Origin: Candidatus Multivorans sp.
GTDB taxonomy: Bacteria; Acidobacteriota; Thermoanaerobaculia; Multivoradales; Multivoraceae
Direction: 5' to 3'
Assembly: GCA_965224025.1 (NCBI GenBank)
Contig: OZ245033.1
Location: 3,136,001-3,200,000 of the forward strand
Length of the DNA: 64,000 nucleotides
Of the stretch, positions 49,877-59,072 are shown in pieces. Within the stretch, counting starts at the first letter, position 1; each line of letters begins with the position of its first letter. The position numbers and the translations under genes were made by a program. The notes beneath the pieces were generated by a model. That model worked only from the letters and a program-made list of their open reading frames with translations. It was not told the DNA's origin and did not search any database.

Positions 49877-51351
49877 GGCTGGGTAGCGTCATCGCCGTCA
49901 ATCCCGAGTCCGTTGCCAAGGGCTATCCCCATGAAGAGATCGAGTATGTCGATATCTCGTCAGTTGGCACCGGCACGCTGAAGGGCACCCGACGCCTAGC
50001 TCTTGCCGGCGCGCCGAGCCGAGCGAGAAGAATCGTCAGACAGGGAGACGTGCTGCTCGCGACTGTCCGACCAAACTTGAGAGCCTTCTGGTTTGCTCGG
50101 GAACCGCCTCGCAACACTGTGGCTTCCACGGGTTTCGCCGTGCTGAGGGCAACATGCGGGATTGATGAACGGTACCTCTACTACTTGATCTCGGACCAGG
50201 GCTTCACCGACTACTTGGCGGCCAACGTCAAGGGGGCTGCTTATCCTGCCGTCGACGTTGAGACGATCAGGCGCGCCGAGGTGTCGATCGCTCCGATGGA
50301 AACCCAGCGCAAAGTCGCCGCCGTCCTCTCGGCATACGACGACTTGATCGAGAACAACCTACGCCGGATCGAGGTCCTGGAGGAGATGGCGCGGAACTTC
50401 TACCGCGAGTGGTTCGTTGAATTCCGGTTTCCGGGTCACGAGGGTGCTCGCTTCGTGAAGTCGCCGCTGGGACGGCTGCCGGGCGAATGGACTCCGAGGA
50501 CGCTCGGCGAGGTCGCGACGATACAGACTGGTCGCTCGAATCGGCAGGACGCGGTTGCGGGCGGTGCCTTCGCTTTCTTTGACCCTTCGAGTGAGATCAA
50601 GAGGAGCCAGCGTTTCCTATTGGATTGCGAGGCGGTCATTGTCCCGGGAGAGGGCAAGGAGTTCCTTCCCCGGTACTGGAGCGGTCCGTTCGATCTACAC
50701 CAGCGTGTTTATGCCTTGACGGACTTCAGAGGAATCAGCGGTCTGTTCCTGTACTTTACTCTGCTGCACCGGCGCGAGTACTTTTTCCGGGCTGCCACCG
50801 GAGCCACGGTCAAGTCCCTTCGGAAAGGCATGTTCGAACGTTTTGAGTTCGCGCTTCCCACACAGGAACTAATGAGCCGGTTCGACGCTCATGTTCGGGA
50901 CATTCTGGCGTTGGCGAAGGCGCTTGACGACCGCAACAGCGCCCTTCGTGAGGCCCGCGATCTTCTCTTGCCCAAGCTCGTCTCCGGCGAGATTGACGTT
51001 TCCGACCTGCCCGTCCGCATGCCGCCCCTCTACACGGGCGATCCCCACCGCATCACCGGGTACCGGTTCTTCCGGGAGATCACGGCTCTGCCGTTCGTCA
51101 CCAAGGTCGTGCTCTTCGGGTCGCGCGCGCGCGGCGACCACGAGGAACGCTCGGACATTGACCTCTGCGTCTTCTGCCGGGAGGGCACGACGGAGGAGGA
51201 ATGGATGCAGGTGCTGGCCTGTCTGGAGCGAGACCGCGTCGATACCCTGCTTAAGGTGGATTGCGTGCGCTTCGAGACAGGCAACGCCGCGTTGCAGGAG
51301 AACGTGCTGACGGAGGGCATCGTGCTCTACGAGCGGAGGGAGGGTCCGTGA
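49873..51351 (+). CDS. hsdS: Type I R-M specificity subunit fused to a C-terminal MNT (MntA-like) nucleotidyltransferase
   Basis: TRD1, conserved helix ([25 protein letters not shown]...YREWF), TRD2, [15 protein letters not shown]; then with no stop [17 protein letters not shown] (GSx10DxD). Confidence 0.9.
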   Translation: MRLGSVIAVNPESVAKGYPHEEIEYVDISSVGTGTLKGTRRLALAGAPSRARRIVRQGDVLLATVRPNLRAFWFAREPPRNTVASTGFAVLRATCGIDERYLYYLISDQGFTDYLAANVKGAAYPAVDVETIRRAEVSIAPMETQRKVAAVLSAYDDLIENNLRRIEVLEEMARNFYREWFVEFRFPGHEGARFVKSPLGRLPGEWTPRTLGEVATIQTGRSNRQDAVAGGAFAFFDPSSEIKRSQRFLLDCEAVIVPGEGKEFLPRYWSGPFDLHQRVYALTDFRGISGLFLYFTLLHRREYFFRAATGATVKSLRKGMFERFEFALPTQELMSRFDAHVRDILALAKALDDRNSALREARDLLLPKLVSGEIDVSDLPVRMPPLYTGDPHRITGYRFFREITALPFVTKVVLFGSRARGDHEERSDIDLCVFCREGTTEEEWMQVLACLERDRVDTLLKVDCVRFETGNAALQENVLTEGIVLYERREGP

Positions 51352-51761
51352 GCGAGACGAAGCTGGCGGTCCGGTTGAGCAATGTCGAGAGGAGCCTTGC
51401 GCGACTGGAAGCAGTGGCGCGTAAGGAGATGGACGAGGAGTACGTGAATCTCGACGCTACGGTTCATCGCTTCAACACGGTCTACGAGACCCTGCTCAAG
51501 GCGCTGGACGCCCATCTGGCGTGCGTATACCGGATGTCTCCGAGCGAGCGAGGGCGCTCGAACTTCGAACGGCTGCAAGTCGCCTGGCGTGTGGGTCTGA
51601 TCGACGACGATCAGGTCTGGACCCGCATCCGCAAGGCGCGCAACGCGACGGTTCACGAGTACGACCTGGAGCAGGCGCTGGCGTTGTACCGGGCGGTGAA
51701 GACCTACGTACCGCAGCTTCGCTCGCTGCTGCGGCGGATGCGCGTCGGTCCGGTTGAGTGA
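51348..51761 (+). CDS. HEPN (HI0074/HepT-like) RNase toxin
   Basis: DATVHRF...YE...K, GLIDD..W, RNATVHEY (Rx4HxY); GTGA overlap with hsdS-MNT. Confidence 0.85.
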   Translation: MSETKLAVRLSNVERSLARLEAVARKEMDEEYVNLDATVHRFNTVYETLLKALDAHLACVYRMSPSERGRSNFERLQVAWRVGLIDDDQVWTRIRKARNATVHEYDLEQALALYRAVKTYVPQLRSLLRRMRVGPVE

Positions 51762-51816
51762 TGGCGGCCCGCAGTGCCAGGCAGGCGCCGAGCAACGTCT
51801 CCGCTTCGCTTCTCGC

Positions 51817-52806
51817 ATGAGCTCGCACGGCTATTCCGAGGACGACCTGGTCAAGCAGCCTGCGCTCGACCTGTTCCGTGAACTGGGCTGGGAGACGGTG
51901 GACGCCTTCGGGGAGTTCGGCCGCGCGGGCGGTGACGGACGGAGCGGGCTGGGTCGGGAAACGGAGGGCGAGGTCGTTCTGGTCGCAAGACTCCGGCCGG
52001 CTCTCGAACGACTCAACCCGAACGCGGGCGAGGCCGCCGTCGACCAGGCGATCGAGGAACTGACGCGCGACCGGTCAAGGATGAGCCCGGCGGCCGCGAA
52101 TCGCGAGACCTACCGCCTGCTGAAGGACGGTGTGCGGGTGAACGTCCCGTCCTTCGAGGAGAACGGCGACACGGTCGAACGGGTCCAGGTCATCGACTGG
52201 AACGTCCCGGCGAACAACGACTTCCTTCTCTGCTCCGAGTTCTGGCTGGCGGGCGAGATGTACCGACGCCGGGCCGATCTGGTGGGCTTCGTCAACGGTT
52301 TGCCGTTGCTGTTCTGCGAAGTGGAGGGCGTCCATCGGCGGCTGGAGGACGCCTACAACGAGAACCTGCGCGACTACAAGGACACCATTCCTCAGCTCTT
52401 TTGGTTCAACTGCCTTGCGTGTGCCAGAACACACCGAGCCGGCCCTGACGGCCGCGAATCGTCCTCAGCGCTCAATGCTGCGGAGTTCTTCAGACAGGTA
52501 GTCGAGTTCACCCAGGATCTCAACGAAGAGGAGCGGCGAGGCGTTGCGGAAAAGCTCGATCCCGACGAACTGGCGGTTTTCGACATCCTGACGAGACCCC
52601 GGGTCGAAATGAGCGACGCGGATTGCAAAAAAGTCAAGGCCACCGCGCGTGAACTCCTGGCGACGCTCAAGGCCGGGAAGTTCGCTTTGGACTGGCGCAC
52701 GAAGCAGCAGGCCCGCGCCGCGGTTCGCGTGACCATCGAGGAGCATCTGGACGCGGGCCTGCCGCGCGCCTACACGCCGGTCCTGTTTCAGAAGAGCGAG
52801 CAGTAA
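51817..52806 (+). pseudogene. hsdR: hsdR remnant: HSDR_N joined to the C-terminal domain, helicase core deleted
   Basis: YSEDDLV.QPA..LF.ELGW, NDFL, RRADLV.FVNGLPL, then EFF..VEF.QDL.EEE.R...ELAVFDIL, LDWR.KQQARA.V. No Walker or DEAH motifs; about 330 aa against ~1000. Confidence 0.88.
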
Positions 52807-52892
52807 CACGCATCCGATCAGTTTGTGTCTGAACCTGATCGCACGGCTCGTACCGAGGCACCGAGAAAGCCGACGGCGCTAACATCCGCGCC

Positions 52893-53423
52893 GTGACTTC
52901 CGCCCTCCACTACAGCGACGCACTGATCCTGGGCATTCTGCGCCGGGTGCGGACGATCGCCGTGGTGGGCGCTTCGCCGAACTGGAAGCGGCCCTCGAAC
53001 TTCGCCATGAAGTACCTGCAGGAGAAGGGATACCGCGTGATTCCGGTGAATCCCCGGGCGGCGGCTCAAGGTGCCTCTATTCTGGGCGAGCGGGTCTGTG
53101 CATCCCTGGCCGAGGTGCCGGCGGCGGTGGACATGGTCGACATCTTCCGTAGCTCGGAGGCGGCTCTCGGAACGACCCGGGAAGCGATCCGGCTGCGGGA
53201 GGAGAAGGGCATCGAGGTGGTCTGGATGCAGCTCGGCGTGCGCAACGACGAAGCCGCCGCCGAGGCGGAGGCGGCCGGGCTCACGGTGATCATGGATCGC
53301 TGCCCGAAGATCGAGTACGGCCGCCTGTCGGGCGAGCTGGGCTGGGGCGGCATCGACAGCGGCGTCATCTCCAGCCGGCGCCCGCGGCTGGTGCGGGTGC
53401 CTGTGCGCGGAGGGTCCGGGTGA
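52893..53423 (+). CDS. CoA-binding protein (YccU-like)
   Basis: TIAVVGAS.N..RPS, IPVNP, DMVDIFR, VWMQLG, MDRCPKIE. Confidence 0.9.
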   Translation: MTSALHYSDALILGILRRVRTIAVVGASPNWKRPSNFAMKYLQEKGYRVIPVNPRAAAQGASILGERVCASLAEVPAAVDMVDIFRSSEAALGTTREAIRLREEKGIEVVWMQLGVRNDEAAAEAEAAGLTVIMDRCPKIEYGRLSGELGWGGIDSGVISSRRPRLVRVPVRGGSG

Positions 53424-54737
53424 GCGGGGGAGCAGGGCCGAAGCCGCGCCGGGAGGCGGACCCCGGTTGGGGGTTCGAAACCCGGATGATCCACGCCGGG
53501 GCCGTGCCCGAGCCGGTCTCCGGCGCCCGGCAGACGCCGATCTATCAGAACACGGCTTACGCGTTCCACGACGTGGACCACGCCGCTTCGCTGTTCAATC
53601 TGCAGACCTTCGGCTTCATCTACTCGCGCCTGGGGAATCCCACGGTCGCCGCGCTGGAACAACGGCTGGCGAGCCTGGAAGGCGGGCGGGGCGCCGCCTG
53701 CTGCGCGTCCGGCCACGCGGCACAGATGCTCGCGTTCTTCCCGTTGATGGAGCCCGGCGCCCGGTTTGCCGCATCGCACCGGCTCTACGGCGGGTCGATC
53801 ACCCAGTTCAGCAGGACGTTCCAGAAGTTCGACTGGCTCTGCGACTTCGTCGACACGGACGATCTGTCCGCGGTCGAGGCCGCCCTGGGATGCCGGCGCC
53901 AAGGCGCTGTTCATCGAGAGCCTAGCCAATCCGGGCGGCGTCGTTTCGGATCTCGAGGCCCTCGCCGGACTGACGAAGGCCGCGGGCGCCGTGCTCATCG
54001 TCGACAACACGCTGGCCACTCCCTGGTTGTGCCGGCCGATGGACTGGGGCGTCGACCTGGTCGTCCACTCCGCAACCAAGTTCCTGTCCGGCAACGGCAC
54101 GGTCATCGGCGGCGCGTTGGTCGACAGCGGCCGCTTCGACTGGGGCGCTTCCGGCCGCTTTCCAGGGCTGTCGGAACCGGAACCGGCTTACCACGGGCTG
54201 AAGTTCAGCGAGACCTTCGGTGACCTCGCGTTCACCACTCACGCCCATGCCGTGGGCCTGCGCGACCTGGGCGCCGCGATGGCGCCGATGAACGCGTTTC
54301 TGATCCTGCTCGGCATCGAGACCCTGGCTCTGCGCATGGAGCGCCACTGCCGAAACGCGCAGCGGGTCGCCGAGTGGCTGGAGGAGCACCCGAAGGTCGA
54401 ATGGGTGTCTTATGCCGGCCTGGCCGACAGCCCCTACCGGGATCTGGCCGCGAAGTACCTGCCGAAGGGCGCGGGCGCCGTGTTCACGTTCGGAGTCCGC
54501 GGCGGCTACGACGCCGGCATCCGGGTCGTGGAAGCTTGCGATCTCTTCTCGCACCTGGCCAACGTCGGCGACGCCCGCTCGCTGATCCTCCATCCCGCCT
54601 CGACCACCCACCGTCAACTGAGCGACGAGCAGCGTGCCGCCGCCGGCGCCGGCCCCGAGGTTGTGCGACTCTCGATCGGCCTCGAGACGGTGGACGACCT
54701 GATCCGCGACCTCGACCGTGCCCTGGCCGCGGCGTAG
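53420..54737 (+). pseudogene. metY: O-acetylhomoserine sulfhydrylase with a +1 frameshift (real or sequencing error)
   Basis: FET..IHAG, PIYQ, YSRLGNPT in one frame; ESLANP, DNT, HSATKF, HPASTTH in another. Removing one G at 53887-53889 restores AALDAGAK. Confidence 0.85.
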
Positions 54738-54752
54738 CGGCGCCGGTTGCGG

Positions 54753-54778
54753 CCTGGGAACGCGGGCGTCTCGCCCGC
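54753..54778 (+). repeat. REP-like palindromic element, copy 3
   Basis: cctgggaacgcgggcgtctcgcccgc, just after the metY stop. Confidence 0.8.
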
Positions 54779-54861
54779 TTCTGGAAGACAATGCCGCCGC
54801 GAAGCGGCGACTTTGCTGCTGCCAGTGGGCTCGACGTACCGCAGCGTAAGATCGCCCGCCC

Positions 54862-56019
54862 ATGCTCGACTGCCAGCGTCACCGGTTCCAGCTTCCGGCC
54901 GATCTGCACTACCTGAACTGCGCCTACATGGCGCCTCTGGCGCGCGAGGTCGAGGCGGCGGGTTTGCGCGGCATGGCGCGCCGGCGCGATCCGTCGACGA
55001 TCGTCGCCGACGACTTCTTTGAGCAGGCGGACGCCCTGCGCGGGCGCTTCGCGAGGTTGATCGGCGGTTCCGATCCGCGGCGGGTCGCGATCATCCCGGC
55101 GGTCTCGTACGGCATCGCGACCGCGGCCCGCAATGCTCCGGTGGGCAGGGGGCAGAACATCGTCATCCTGGGCGAGCAGTTCCCCAGCAACGTGTACGCG
55201 TGGATGCGCAAGGCGGGGGAGAGCGGCGCGAAACTGCGCGCGGTCGAGCGTCCGGCGACCGGCGATTCGAGCCCGGGCGCGGCCTGGAATGAGCGGCTGC
55301 TGGAGGCCGTCGACGGTGATACGGCGGTGGTTGCCCTGCCGGTCGTCCACTGGGCTGACGGCACGCGCTTCGATGTCAAGGCCGTCGGCCGGCGCGCGCG
55401 CGAGGTGGGCGCGCTCTTCGTCATCGACGGCACCCAGTCGATTGGTGCGATGCCCTTCGACATCGAGGAAGTGGCGCCCGACGCGCTGGTCGTCGCCGGG
55501 TACAAGACCTTGTTTGGCCCCTACCAGAGTGGTCTGGCGTGGTTCGGCGAGCGCTTCGACGGCGGCGTACCGCTGGAGGAGCCCTGGGCCGCCCGCAAGA
55601 GCAGCGAGCTGTTCGTCGCTGGCCGACTGGAGTATGTGCAGGAGTACCGGCCGGCCGCCGCCCGCTACGACGTGGGCGAGCGCAGCAACCAGATCCAGTT
55701 GCCGATGTTGAACGCCGCCCTGGACATGGTGCTCGAGTGGCGGCCCGAGCGGGTCCAGGACTACTGCGCGAAGCTGCTCGAACCGTTTGAGGACGCCGTC
55801 CGCGAGGCGGGCTTCGAACTGGAGCACCCGAACTTCCGCGGGGCGCATCTGTTCGGCCTGCGCTCCCGCCGCGGCCTGGACGCTGACGCCACCGCGGCGG
55901 CCCTCCGGCAGGCCCGGGTGTTCGTCTCGGTTCGGGGCACCGCGATCCGGGTGGCGCCTCAGGTCTACAACGACAGCTCGGACTTGGAGGCCCTGGCGGC
56001 GACGCTGCGGGCCTTGTAG
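54862..56019 (+). CDS. Class V PLP-dependent aminotransferase / cysteine-desulfurase-like enzyme
   Basis: YLNCAYMAP, QFPSNVY.W, IDGTQSIG, AGYK.L.GPY. Confidence 0.88.
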   Translation: MLDCQRHRFQLPADLHYLNCAYMAPLAREVEAAGLRGMARRRDPSTIVADDFFEQADALRGRFARLIGGSDPRRVAIIPAVSYGIATAARNAPVGRGQNIVILGEQFPSNVYAWMRKAGESGAKLRAVERPATGDSSPGAAWNERLLEAVDGDTAVVALPVVHWADGTRFDVKAVGRRAREVGALFVIDGTQSIGAMPFDIEEVAPDALVVAGYKTLFGPYQSGLAWFGERFDGGVPLEEPWAARKSSELFVAGRLEYVQEYRPAAARYDVGERSNQIQLPMLNAALDMVLEWRPERVQDYCAKLLEPFEDAVREAGFELEHPNFRGAHLFGLRSRRGLDADATAAALRQARVFVSVRGTAIRVAPQVYNDSSDLEALAATLRAL

Positions 56020-56077
56020 CGGACGGTTTTTACCCCCTCGGTGCGACCCGCAGGTCGATCCGTTGCAACCAAGAGAT

Positions 56078-56102
56078 ATTTGTGATCGTATTTGTCACAA
56101 AT
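56078..56102. promoter_or_regulatory. AT-rich inverted repeat ATTTGTGA-N9-TCACAAAT at the cysH start
   Basis: Perfect 8-bp arms in a strongly GC-rich background. Confidence 0.5.
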
Positions 56103-56892
56103 GCAGCAAGAACTGAATCCGAGCGGCCTCGGCGGCGCCGTTCTGGAGTTTCCCGGCCAGGCCGCCGACGGCGATCTCTGCGTACTCGGCTGGGCGATGG
56201 AGCTGGAACCGGCGACGCCCGAACAGGTGCTCCGCTGGGCTCACGAGCGCTGGGGCAACGAGCTGACCTTGGCGACCTCGTTCCAGGCGGAGGGCATGAT
56301 CCTCCTTCACATGTGTCATCAACTCGGTCTGCCGGTTCGCGTCGTGACACTCGACACCGGCCGGCTGCCGGAGGAGACCTTCCGGCACATCGAGCACGTG
56401 CGGCTGCACTACGGCGTTGAGGTCGAGATGGTGGCGCCTCGTGCCTCCGAGGTTGCGCGGCTGGTCCGGCGGGAAGGACCGAATCTCTTCTACGCCTCGG
56501 TCGCCGGGCGGCAGCGCTGCTGCAACGCGCGCAAGGTGGAGCCGATGCGCCGGGCCCTGGCGCCCGCGCCCGCGTGGCTCAGCGGCCTGCGCCGCGATCA
56601 GACGCCGACCCGGGATGTCCTCAACAAGGTGGAGGTCGACCGGGTGACGCGGACCAAGGGCCGCCTGGTCAAGGTCTGCCCGCTGCTGGACTGGACCGAG
56701 GATCAGGTCTGGGCCTACATCCATGAGCAGGGAGTCCCGTACCACCCGCTCTACGACCGGGGCTACCGGACGATCGGGTGCGCCCCGTGCACGCGGCCCT
56801 CTCGACCCGGTGAGGGCGCCCGCGGCGGCCGCTGGTGGTGGGAGTCCCAGACCGGCAAGGAATGCGGCCTCCACGTGCTGCAACCGCGTTGA
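56101..56892 (+). CDS. cysH: APS/PAPS reductase (Fe-S-containing APS type)
   Basis: TSFQAE, LDTGRL..ET, CC..RKVEP, GLRRDQ, IGCAPCT, GRWWWE, ECGLH. Confidence 0.92.
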   Translation: MQQELNPSGLGGAVLEFPGQAADGDLCVLGWAMELEPATPEQVLRWAHERWGNELTLATSFQAEGMILLHMCHQLGLPVRVVTLDTGRLPEETFRHIEHVRLHYGVEVEMVAPRASEVARLVRREGPNLFYASVAGRQRCCNARKVEPMRRALAPAPAWLSGLRRDQTPTRDVLNKVEVDRVTRTKGRLVKVCPLLDWTEDQVWAYIHEQGVPYHPLYDRGYRTIGCAPCTRPSRPGEGARGGRWWWESQTGKECGLHVLQPR

Positions 56893-57560
56893 GCGGCGAC
56901 CGCCGGCCTCCCGCCTACTATCCGGTCTATCTCTCGCTCGCCGAGCGGCTCGTGGTCGTGGTCGGCGGCGGCGCCATCGCCGTGCGGAAGGTGGCCGGCC
57001 TGCTGCCGTGCGGGGCGCGCGTACGGGTCGTCGCACCCGCACTGACGCCTGAGCTCGAGCGGCTGGCCGAACTCGGCGAGATCGAGCATTGCGCGCGCGA
57101 CTTTCTTCCGGGCGACCTGGAAGGTGCGACGCTGGCCCTGGCGGAGCCGGGCGACGCCTCCCGCAGCGAGGCGTTCTTCGCCGAGGCGGAAGAGCGCCGC
57201 ATCTTCGCCAACGTGGAGGACGATCTGGATCACTGCAGCTTCATCGCGCCCTCCATCGTGCGGCGTGGCGACCTGGTGATCGCGATCTCGACTTCGGGCC
57301 GGGCGCCGGCGCTGGCGGTACGGCTCCGGCAGCGGTTCGAACGGGAGTTCGGACCGGAGTACGGGGCTCTGCTGGAACTGGCCGGCCGTCTTCGGGAACC
57401 CCTGGCGCGAGCGGTGCCCGAGTTCGAAGAGCGGCGGCGTCGTTGGTACGAGCTCGTGGACTCGGAAGTGCTCGACCTGTTCCGCGACGGCAGGACCGGC
57501 GAAGCCCGCGAGCGGGCCGAGCAGATCATGGGCGTCGCGGCCGAGGAAGCGCAGCGATGA
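56889..57560 (+). CDS. Precorrin-2 dehydrogenase/sirohydrochlorin ferrochelatase (CysG N-terminal/Met8-like)
   Basis: YYPVYL, VVGGGAIA.RK, NVED....CSFIAP, AISTSG.APALA. Confidence 0.9.
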   Translation: MSGDRRPPAYYPVYLSLAERLVVVVGGGAIAVRKVAGLLPCGARVRVVAPALTPELERLAELGEIEHCARDFLPGDLEGATLALAEPGDASRSEAFFAEAEERRIFANVEDDLDHCSFIAPSIVRRGDLVIAISTSGRAPALAVRLRQRFEREFGPEYGALLELAGRLREPLARAVPEFEERRRRWYELVDSEVLDLFRDGRTGEARERAEQIMGVAAEEAQR

Positions 57561-58318
57561 GCGGCGCCGCCGACTCGTCCGGGGTTACCGGACCGGGACG
57601 GGTGACCTTGATCGGCGCGGGACCGGGCGACCCCGACCTGATCACGATCTTGGGCCTGAAGCGGCTACGGGCCGCCGACGTCGTGCTGCATGACCGCCTC
57701 GCGGCGCCGGAACTTCTCGCCGAGGCGAAACCGGGCGCCGAGATCGTCGATGTCGGCAAGCGCCCCGGCGACGACGTGCAGGTCCGGCAGCGCCGGATCG
57801 AGAAGCTGATGATCGAACACGCCCAGGCCGGAGCTCACGTGGTACGGCTCAAGGGCGGCGACCCTTCCGTCTTCGGCCGCGGCGGCGAGGAGATCGAGGC
57901 CTGCGCCGCAGCCGGTGTGCCCTGCCAGGTCGTGCCGGGAGTCACTAGCGTCACGGCAGCGGCCGCCGTGGCCGGTGTTCCCCTGACGCACCGCGGCGTT
58001 TCGCTGGGCTTCGCCGTCGTCTCCGCGCGCAACGCCGAAGGCGGCGAACCCGACTGGGCGGGCCTCTCCGGTGCCGACACTGTCTTGGTTCTCATGGCAT
58101 CGCGGCGGCTCGAACGCATCGGCCGCGGCCTGATCGCCGCCGGCCGCGACCCTTCAACGCCCGCAGCAATCGTCGAACGCGCAACCACCACCGGTCAGCG
58201 GGTCGTCTCCTCCAGTCTCCGTTCGCTCGATGCCGGCGAACTCTCCGGCCAGATCAAGGCCCCATGCGTCGTCATCGTCGGCCACGTTGCCGCGCCCGCC
58301 GCGGCAGCTACCGCGTAG
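57557..58318 (+). CDS. cobA: Uroporphyrinogen-III C-methyltransferase
   Basis: GAGPGDPDLIT, VVLHDRL, RLKGGDP.VFGRGGEE, PLTHRG. Confidence 0.93.
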   Translation: MSGAADSSGVTGPGRVTLIGAGPGDPDLITILGLKRLRAADVVLHDRLAAPELLAEAKPGAEIVDVGKRPGDDVQVRQRRIEKLMIEHAQAGAHVVRLKGGDPSVFGRGGEEIEACAAAGVPCQVVPGVTSVTAAAAVAGVPLTHRGVSLGFAVVSARNAEGGEPDWAGLSGADTVLVLMASRRLERIGRGLIAAGRDPSTPAAIVERATTTGQRVVSSSLRSLDAGELSGQIKAPCVVIVGHVAAPAAAATA

Positions 58319-58346
58319 CGGGTTCGGCGCCGCCACGTTGCGCCGG

Positions 58347-58374
58347 ATGCGGGCGAGACGCCCGCGTTCCCAGG
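58347..58374 (-). repeat. REP-like palindromic element, copy 4 (between convergent genes)
   Basis: Reverse complement cctgggaacgcgggcgtctcgcccgcat. Confidence 0.8.
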
Positions 58375-58401
58375 CACGGGGTGCCCTGCGGCGCAGACTC
58401 C

Positions 58402-59040
58402 TTAGGGGGAGTACACGGGCGCCAGCAGCTCGGCGCTGAGATCCGCCTGCCCCCGTCCTTTCGACTGGGCGACCGCGCGCAGCAGCCAGTCGAGACGGTC
58501 GTTGCCCCAGAAGCGCTCGCCGCGGAAGATCAAGAGCGGCACGCCGAAGGCGCCGTCCTCCCGGGTGTGGTTGAAGCCGTTCATGACCTTCTTCTTCCAT
58601 TGCGGGTCGTGGGCAACCTCCAGTGCTTCGGCGCCGTCGAGCCCGGCGGCCGCCGCGGCGGCGCGCATCACTTCGTCGGCGGCGAGGTCGAGGCCGCGCT
58701 CGAACCGCGCGGAGAATGCCTCGCGCGCATAGTCGATCGCCTTGCCCTGGTCCCGCGCCCAGAGATAGACTTGGTGGGGCGGAAACCAGTCCGGCTCGCC
58801 CTCCGACTCCGGCCACTTGACGCAGAGTCCATAGGCCTTCGCGATGCGTTCCGTGTCCAGCCGCATGTAGGACGACTTGGCGCGTCCGGCCGAGAGGTTC
58901 GCACCCTTGCCGAAGGGGAAGATCGGGACCGCGTCGATCTGGTTCCAGTCGAAGACGCCCGTCGTGGTGATCCGGTGAAAGGCCAGCCACGAGAACTGGG
59001 AGCGGAAGGAGAAGTAGACGCGGAGGTCGGAGTCGCTCAT
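58402..59040 (-). CDS. DsbA-like 2-hydroxychromene-2-carboxylate isomerase family protein
   Basis: YFSFRSQFSWL, D.ER.A..YG, GAFGVP.....GERFWGNDRL. Confidence 0.85.
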   Translation of the reverse strand: MSDSDLRVYFSFRSQFSWLAFHRITTTGVFDWNQIDAVPIFPFGKGANLSAGRAKSSYMRLDTERIAKAYGLCVKWPESEGEPDWFPPHQVYLWARDQGKAIDYAREAFSARFERGLDLAADEVMRAAAAAAGLDGAEALEVAHDPQWKKKVMNGFNHTREDGAFGVPLLIFRGERFWGNDRLDWLLRAVAQSKGRGQADLSAELLAPVYSP

Positions 59041-59072
59041 ACGGCACGAACCTCAGAGGGTGGCGGTGGAGT

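Noticed and set aside
46110-52890. Integrative element or prophage for the R-M island
   Set aside because: No integrase, transposase, tRNA att site or phage gene is visible.
53880-53895. Programmed frameshift or phase variation in metY
   Set aside because: It is only a G3 run with no slippery heptamer or long homopolymer; an indel or sequencing error is simpler.
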